A stretch of DNA of 64,000 bases, from positions 1 to 64,000 of the forward strand of contig PWMT01000127.1 of the NCBI GenBank assembly GCA_003558085.1. The letters are read 5' to 3'. Below are positions 58,042 to 64,000 of the stretch, piece after piece (position 1 is the stretch's first letter; every line of letters begins with the position of its first letter). Under the pieces are notes generated by a model. It saw only the letters and a program-made list of their open reading frames with translations. It ran no database searches and was not told the DNA's origin. Source of the stretch: Methanobacteriaceae archaeon. Its GTDB lineage: Archaea; Methanobacteriota; Methanobacteria; Methanobacteriales; Methanobacteriaceae. The position numbers and the translations under genes are program-made.

Positions 58042-58893
58042 TTGAGTTTCAGGTTATTATCACCTAAAGTTTACCAAAAAATAATGAAAATAGTTTTTTG
58101 GATCTCAGGAATAATCACTATAATGATCTTATTGGTTATAATTGGTTACATTCTTTTTAAAGGATTTGAAGTGCTGAGTCTGGAGTTTATATTCTCTGCA
58201 CCTATTGATTCTGGTAGGGCTGGAGGAATATTTCCCATGATAATTTCCAGCCTATATGTAACCTTAATTTCAGGATTAGTGGCAGCACCATTGGGGGTTG
58301 GTGCTGCAGTATATTTGGCTGAATACTCTGAAGACGGATGGATAGTAAAATTAATCAGATTCGGAGCGGAAACTCTGGCATCTATACCTTCCATTGTTTT
58401 TGGTTTATTTGGATTATCATTTTTTGTTATATTCTTAGGGTTGGGATGGTCGGTTTTATCTGGAGGTTTAGTATTGGCCTTGATGGCTTTACCTACCATA
58501 TTTAAAGTGGCTGAAGTTTCCATAGATGCTGTACCTGAGTCATACCGTGAAGGTAGTTTAGCCTTAGGAGCAACTAAATGGGAAACTGTATATAGGGTTG
58601 TTTTACCTGCTGCAACGCCAGGAATAACCACGGGGGTGATTTTAGGGATGGCAAGAGCTATATCTGAAGCAGCAGCCATTCTTTTTGCAGTTGGGGCAGC
58701 TTTAACTATTCCGGTATCTATATTTGATCCGGGAAGGCCTTTACCTTTACATCTATATATATTGGCCACCGAAGGAATTTCTTTGGAATACGCTTTTGGC
58801 ACGGCAGCAGTAATGGTAATTATAGTGCTGATTATTACAGTGGTAACCAATAACATGGTGGATAGATATCAAAAAAAGTTGATGGGACGTTAA
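58042..58893 (+). CDS. pstA: Phosphate ABC permease PstA
   Basis: [36 protein letters not shown]. Confidence 0.95.
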   Translation: MSFRLLSPKVYQKIMKIVFWISGIITIMILLVIIGYILFKGFEVLSLEFIFSAPIDSGRAGGIFPMIISSLYVTLISGLVAAPLGVGAAVYLAEYSEDGWIVKLIRFGAETLASIPSIVFGLFGLSFFVIFLGLGWSVLSGGLVLALMALPTIFKVAEVSIDAVPESYREGSLALGATKWETVYRVVLPAATPGITTGVILGMARAISEAAAILFAVGAALTIPVSIFDPGRPLPLHLYILATEGISLEYAFGTAAVMVIIVLIITVVTNNMVDRYQKKLMGR

Positions 58894-58896
58894 ACT

Positions 58897-59649
58897 ATGA
58901 ATAGAATTGAAGTAGAGAATTTAAATGTTCACTTTGATGATGCACAGATTTTAAAGGATGTAAATATTAAAATTCCCAAAAATACTGTAACCTCTCTTAT
59001 TGGGCCTTCAGGATGTGGGAAGTCTACTTTCATCCGCACTATAAATCGTATGAATGATTTGATATCTGGTTTTAAAAAAGAAGGCCACATATACTTGGAT
59101 GGCCAGGAAATTTACGATCCCAGTGTGGATGTTGTAGAACTTAGAAAGAAAGTAGGTATGGTATTTCAAAAACCTAATCCTTTTCCAAAATCGGTTTTTG
59201 ATAATGTAGCTTATGGTTTGAAGGTACATGGCATTACTGATAAAAATATTGTGGAAGAAAGAGTCCGGGAAAGCTTGAAATCTGCAGCTTTATGGGAGGA
59301 AGTAAAAGAGAAGTTGGAAAAATCAGCTCTAGGTCTATCTGGAGGTCAACAACAGAGATTGTGTATTGCACGTACTATTGCTATCGAACCAGAAGTTATA
59401 TTGATGGATGAACCTTGTTCTGCTTTAGACCCTATTTCAACCACTAAAATTGAGGATTTAATTCATAAATTGAAAAAGGAATATACTATAGTAATTGTAA
59501 CCCACAACATGCAGCAAGCCACCCGGGTTTCTAAATTTACTTCCTTCTTCTTACATGGAGAGATTGTGGAGAGTGCTCGTACCGAAAGATTATTTTTAGA
59601 ACCTAAGGATAAAAGAACTGAAGATTACATTACAGGAAGATTTGGTTGA
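58897..59649 (+). CDS. pstB: Phosphate ABC ATP-binding protein PstB
   Basis: [40 protein letters not shown]. Confidence 0.97.
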   Translation: MNRIEVENLNVHFDDAQILKDVNIKIPKNTVTSLIGPSGCGKSTFIRTINRMNDLISGFKKEGHIYLDGQEIYDPSVDVVELRKKVGMVFQKPNPFPKSVFDNVAYGLKVHGITDKNIVEERVRESLKSAALWEEVKEKLEKSALGLSGGQQQRLCIARTIAIEPEVILMDEPCSALDPISTTKIEDLIHKLKKEYTIVIVTHNMQQATRVSKFTSFFLHGEIVESARTERLFLEPKDKRTEDYITGRFG

Positions 59650-59824
59650 AAATCTAAATAAATCTAGATTATGTCTTATATATTTAATTTAAAAAAAATT
59701 ATCTATCCATGAATTAAAATATTACCAAATAATATATAATAATCTAAGAAGAGATTAATTAATATAGTAATTATTTAAAAGATTGTTAAAAAAAATCTAT
59801 TTACTATAAGCTGGGAGGATTAGC

Positions 59825-60484
59825 ATGGAAAAACGCTACCCTCGGATATTATTCCGTAAAAGGCTCAAAGATTTGAGAAAAGAAGTGAATGATATTGGGA
59901 AACTAACTTTAAAAGCCCATAAAGATTCAGTGAATATATTTGCAGATTATGATGAAAACATGGTGGAAGATGTTTTAGCTACTTCAAAAAAAATAGATGA
60001 AATGGTATTTTATCTAGAAAGAAAATGTATCAGTATTATTGCTGCTGAACAACCTGTGGCTAAAGATTTAAGATTTATTGAGGCCTGTATTAAAGTAGGA
60101 AGTCATTTAAAAAGGATAGGACATTTAGCAGCTAATATTGCCCAGGCTTCTGATTATATTAAAGATGAAACTATTCCGAAAAAACCACAGGAAGATCTCA
60201 AACACATGGCTGATTTTGTACAGATGATGCTGAGTAAAGGTATACATGCCTTTTTAGATCAAAACATGGAAATGGCCCGGGAATTAAAACAAGATGATGA
60301 TAAGGTGGATGATTTATTTGATCAAGCCCTAGAACACATTACTCGCAGCATGTTTAAAGATAAAGAATCTATTTCTTACTTGGTTCATCTTTTATTCGTG
60401 GCCCGTTATATGGAGAGAGTGGGTGATAGAGCTGTAAGCATTGCTGATAAAACCATCTTTATGATCACCTGTGAAAAACCATAA
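59825..60484 (+). CDS. phoU: Phosphate signalling protein PhoU
   Basis: QPVAKDLR, DDKVDDLF, ERVGDRA. Confidence 0.93.
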   Translation: MEKRYPRILFRKRLKDLRKEVNDIGKLTLKAHKDSVNIFADYDENMVEDVLATSKKIDEMVFYLERKCISIIAAEQPVAKDLRFIEACIKVGSHLKRIGHLAANIAQASDYIKDETIPKKPQEDLKHMADFVQMMLSKGIHAFLDQNMEMARELKQDDDKVDDLFDQALEHITRSMFKDKESISYLVHLLFVARYMERVGDRAVSIADKTIFMITCEKP

Positions 60485-60512
60485 ATCAATTAAACTATAA
60501 AGATAAAATTAT

Positions 60513-61355
60513 TTACTTGGGAATTAACCGTTTAGAGGCATGTCTTCCAGCCCAACACTGAATACATACTCCAATAGGCAATCCTGCTGTATGGGTATGT
60601 GCACTTTTTATTTTCACATCTAATGCTGTTGTCTTACCTCCTAAACCCATAGGCCCGATACCAGAAGCATTTATTTCTTCTAATATTTCTTTTTCCATCT
60701 TGGCTAAAGTTTTATCAGGATTTATAGTTCCTATTTTCTCTAGTAACGCTTTTTTAGCTATTTTCATGGCCATGTCAGAAGATCCGCCAATCCCCACCCC
60801 TACAATAACTGGAGGGCATGGTTTTCCCTGGGCAGCTATAACCGTATCCACCACAAAACGTTTTATACCATCAATACCTTCCCCAGGAAGCCCCATTTTT
60901 AATGCATTATTGTTCTCCGACCCAAAACCCTTGGGAAAAACAGTAAACTCCACATAATCTTTTTCTATCAGTTCTACATCCACTTGAGGAATACCTTCTC
61001 CAATATTATTGCCAGTATTAACCCTAGTTAAAGGATGAACCACGTTGGGTCTTAAAGGTATTTTCTGCGTAGCTTTTTCCACACCTTTACTCACTCCTTC
61101 CATCAGATTATCTACCTCTACCCTGCCTAATTTAACAAATACAATAGGTAAACCTGTATCCTGGCATAAAGGTATCTTATTTTCCTCTGCTATTAGGATA
61201 TTATCAAATATGGCTTTTAAATTTAATCGACCCATTGCACTGTTTTCTTCAGCATATGCCTTTTCTAAAGCAATTTTCACATCATCAGGGAGTTTAATCA
61301 CTGCTTGCTTAAAGAGTTTATATATGGTCTCTTCTATTATTTCTTGGGTCATCAT
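60513..61355 (-). CDS. Fe-S hydro-lyase alpha subunit (class I fumarate hydratase)
   Basis: [38 protein letters not shown]; start set at ATG 61355 after GAGGT. Confidence 0.9.
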   Translation of the reverse strand: MMTQEIIEETIYKLFKQAVIKLPDDVKIALEKAYAEENSAMGRLNLKAIFDNILIAEENKIPLCQDTGLPIVFVKLGRVEVDNLMEGVSKGVEKATQKIPLRPNVVHPLTRVNTGNNIGEGIPQVDVELIEKDYVEFTVFPKGFGSENNNALKMGLPGEGIDGIKRFVVDTVIAAQGKPCPPVIVGVGIGGSSDMAMKIAKKALLEKIGTINPDKTLAKMEKEILEEINASGIGPMGLGGKTTALDVKIKSAHTHTAGLPIGVCIQCWAGRHASKRLIPK

Positions 61356-61533
61356 TAGCTTTACCTCTTGAAAATAAATTCTAAAATTTTTCTCCATATT
61401 AGTATTTTTTAAGCATAAAAAAATATTATAGAGGATCTAAACTCGGGGTTAATTAAATATTTTAAAAAAATTAATAATTTAAAACTTTCTAAATAAAAAA
61501 AATGATTTGAAATAATAGAAACAAAATAATTGT

Positions 61534-61965
61534 TTAATGTTTCATAATTAATTTCAAACGTTCTAATTCTTGAGTAATTTTTTCCCTTTTCTCAGTTAAT
61601 AGTTCTTCAGAATCAACCAGCAAAGCTTTAGTAGGACAACTTAAAACACAGCAAGGCTCATCTAAATCTATACAAAGGTCACATTTAGTGGCAACGCCTT
61701 TCTCATTGAGATTAATTACACCAATAGGACAGACCTCCCGGCAAAGACCACATCCAATGCATTTTTCTTCTTCAATAATTATAGCCCCTTCTACTTCATA
61801 TATGGCCTCTTCTGGACATATATTTAGACAAGGTGCTTTATCCGGAGTGCAATGTAGGCAAAAAATTGGAACGCCATTTATGATTCGAATAGCGTTTTGA
61901 GGACAATTTCGCTCACATTTCATGCATTCATCACATAATTCTGGCTTTGAAACTAATTCTCTCAT
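61534..61965 (-). CDS. porF: Polyferredoxin, POR-associated (PorF-like)
   Basis: Multiple CxxCxxCxxxCP motifs; last gene of the por operon. Confidence 0.75.
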   Translation of the reverse strand: MRELVSKPELCDECMKCERNCPQNAIRIINGVPIFCLHCTPDKAPCLNICPEEAIYEVEGAIIIEEEKCIGCGLCREVCPIGVINLNEKGVATKCDLCIDLDEPCCVLSCPTKALLVDSEELLTEKREKITQELERLKLIMKH

Positions 61966-61975
61966 TCTAAGCCTC

Positions 61976-62464
61976 CTACTGGAATACTTTCTTTGCCTTG
62001 GATTTGGTGGTTAATAAGCTGATAATATCCGAGCCTTTCTTAGGCTTTTTACCTGACATTTTAGCAACGTGATCGGCCTGTTTTTCATTTTTAAGTTTCT
62101 CAGTATCTATCATAGAAATGGCTCTTCTAGAACAGGCTTTAATGCAAGAAGGGGTTTCAAGATCAGGGCACTGATGACATTTATGTGCTTTGCGATCCTC
62201 CATAACTACAGCACCAAATGGACATACCAGCATACATAAGCCACAGCCGATACATCTTTTAGATATTACTTCCTTATCAGCTATGGCCTCAGTGGGACAT
62301 ATGCTTTCACAAGGTGCATCCTCACATTGTTGACAGATGATAGGATAATAAGATCCTTCAATTTCCCGAATCATTATTCTTGATGCACCGTAAAGTTTAG
62401 CACAAGCTTCTTCACAGTCCATACATCCATCACATAGATCTGGTTGAATTATTAATTTATCCAA
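61976..62464 (-). CDS. porE: Polyferredoxin, POR-associated (PorE-like)
   Basis: [16 protein letters not shown]...CP, CIGCGLC..VCP; follows porB. Confidence 0.75.
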   Translation of the reverse strand: MDKLIIQPDLCDGCMDCEEACAKLYGASRIMIREIEGSYYPIICQQCEDAPCESICPTEAIADKEVISKRCIGCGLCMLVCPFGAVVMEDRKAHKCHQCPDLETPSCIKACSRRAISMIDTEKLKNEKQADHVAKMSGKKPKKGSDIISLLTTKSKAKKVFQ

Positions 62465-62475
62465 GGTTTATCCCC

Positions 62476-63342
62476 CTATATTTTCAACTCAGTACATATT
62501 TTATTAACGTATTGCTGTATTTTTTCTTTTTCATCATCAGCAAGATGTTTAAATCTTTTTTGAGCTTCCAAATATTCATTGACCGGTTTTCTTTGCATGG
62601 GCCGGTATGTTACTTTGAATTCCCCATCCACAATCTCATAAAGTATCCAGGATCCCGTTTCTACAGCTAAACGACCTAATTCAATAGTTTTAGATGGATC
62701 AAATCCCCATCCTGTAGTACATGGCTGATGAAGATGGATGTAGGATGGACCTTCCACCTTAGAAGCTTTTTTAACTTTTTGCATGAAATCTTCTGGATAA
62801 GAAATAGATGCGGTAGCTACATAGGGAACTCCATGAGCAGCCATGATCATGGGTATATTTTTTTTAGGTTTATCTTCCCCAAAACTTACTTTACCATGTG
62901 GAGAAGTAGTGGTTGAAGCACCATATGGGGTAGCCCCACTTCTTTGTATTCCGGTATTCATGTAAGCTTCATTATCATAACAGATATAGATCAGGTTATG
63001 ACCTCTTTCCATTGCTCCAGATAATGCCTGCATACCAATATCTGCAGTACCTCCATCTCCAGCAAAGACCACTACATTAACATCATCTTTTCCCTGTTTT
63101 TTAAGTGCTCTTTCTACTCCTGAAGCCACGGCAGCTGCATTTTCAAAGGCTACATGTATCCAGGGTATTTCCCAGGCAGTCTCAGGAAATGGGGTTGTAA
63201 TAACTTCTAAACAACCTGTAGGTGAGATGGCCACTGTATTCTTGCCCAGCATTTTTAGGGCTAACCTTACCCCTACTGTAGCTCCACATCCTGCACATCC
63301 TCGGTGACCTGGGGCAAGGAATTCTTCTTCAGGTATTTTCAT
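62476..63342 (-). CDS. porB: Pyruvate:ferredoxin oxidoreductase beta subunit
   Basis: [18 protein letters not shown]...[17 protein letters not shown] motif, PCTTGW. Confidence 0.95.
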   Translation of the reverse strand: MKIPEEEFLAPGHRGCAGCGATVGVRLALKMLGKNTVAISPTGCLEVITTPFPETAWEIPWIHVAFENAAAVASGVERALKKQGKDDVNVVVFAGDGGTADIGMQALSGAMERGHNLIYICYDNEAYMNTGIQRSGATPYGASTTTSPHGKVSFGEDKPKKNIPMIMAAHGVPYVATASISYPEDFMQKVKKASKVEGPSYIHLHQPCTTGWGFDPSKTIELGRLAVETGSWILYEIVDGEFKVTYRPMQRKPVNEYLEAQKRFKHLADDEKEKIQQYVNKICTELKI

Positions 63343-64000
63343 TTAGATTTCCTCCTTTAATCCAATCCAGGTTATATCTTGGGTGGGATTTTTGGTCTTG
63401 TTTACAATATCTTCTATATGAACTGGGGTAATGTCTCTTCCCCCCAGTCCCAGAATAAAACCATAAGCTTCCACATCAATGTTGGCTTTGATTTCAGTAT
63501 AAACTGCGCCACCCATCCCAAAACTTATGTTTTTGTCTAAAACCGCTATTTTATCTGCATCTTTAACGGCGTTAGCTATTTCTTTTTTAGGGAATGGTCG
63601 GAAGCTTATTAGTTTTAAAAGACCAACTTTTTCGCCTCGACTTCTTAGTTCATCCACCACATCTTTAATGGTGCTGCAAAGCGAACCCATGGCCACAAGA
63701 ATAATCTCTGCATCATCACAATGATATTCTTCTATGAAACCATACTCTCGACCAAAAATTTCTTTGAATTCCTGGTTAACTTTTTCAATTACCTTCCTGG
63801 ATTTTTCCATAGCTACTTGAATTTGATAACGTGCTTCCATGTAATAGTTAGGGTCAGTGAACGTACCCAGAGATCGTGGATCTTGTGGGTCTAAATAAGA
63901 TTCGTGGGCTTTATATTCAGTTAAAAAATTATCTACTAATTCTTGAGATGGTATATCCACTGGTTCAACAGTATGGGTGAGAATGAATCCATCTAAACAT
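63343..64000 (-). CDS. porA: Pyruvate:ferredoxin oxidoreductase alpha subunit (5' part outside window)
   Basis: [12 protein letters not shown] at the window edge, FRPFP, GLGGRDI; abuts porB. Confidence 0.93.
   Translation of the reverse strand, partial: CLDGFILTHTVEPVDIPSQELVDNFLTEYKAHESYLDPQDPRSLGTFTDPNYYMEARYQIQVAMEKSRKVIEKVNQEFKEIFGREYGFIEEYHCDDAEIILVAMGSLCSTIKDVVDELRSRGEKVGLLKLISFRPFPKKEIANAVKDADKIAVLDKNISFGMGGAVYTEIKANIDVEAYGFILGLGGRDITPVHIEDIVNKTKNPTQDITWIGLKEEI

Noticed and set aside
58146-58856. 236-aa antisense ORF over pstA, and other antisense ORFs over ftsZ, rpl11, radB, cpaF and the fumarase gene
   Set aside because: Shadow frames of well-conserved genes, with no motifs or SD of their own
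60513-61355. Fumarase alpha subunit without an adjacent beta subunit
   Set aside because: Split, unlinked alpha and beta genes are common in methanogens

Overview
AT-rich archaeal chromosomal segment from a hydrogenotrophic methanogen of the Methanobacteriaceae (Methanobacterium-like). Evidence: HMf/HMt-type histone, comA, methanogenesis marker 16, archaeal ACS subunits, GGR, TFE, aEF-1beta and a MurT-like ligase. It is mostly conserved core genome. From memory the order resembles the Methanothermobacter tfe-comA-ftsZ-secE-spt5-rpl11/1/10/12-alaS-thiI-fbp-radB-histone-cdh-pst-por region. It also contains tRNA-Leu(TAA) and tRNA-Thr(GGT). No CRISPR array, integrase or transposase was seen. Main departures from the expected: (1) an acetyl-CoA synthase operon starting at cdhC with no CODH cdhA/cdhB, back to back with an orphan cbiQ; (2) an AglB/STT3-like membrane protein lacking WWDYG and fused to a prenyltransferase/terpene-cyclase-like repeat domain next to GGR; (3) an in-frame TGA at codon 40 of the FBP aldolase/phosphatase gene; (4) a MurT-like ligase without gatD between ftsZ and secE; (5) an FmdE/binding-protein/methyltransferase/ABC cassette whose binding protein seems to start at ATA; (6) an uncharacterised ABC-ATPase/G3E-GTPase/FeS module coupled to comA. 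All calls come from motif reading and recall; no database search was run.
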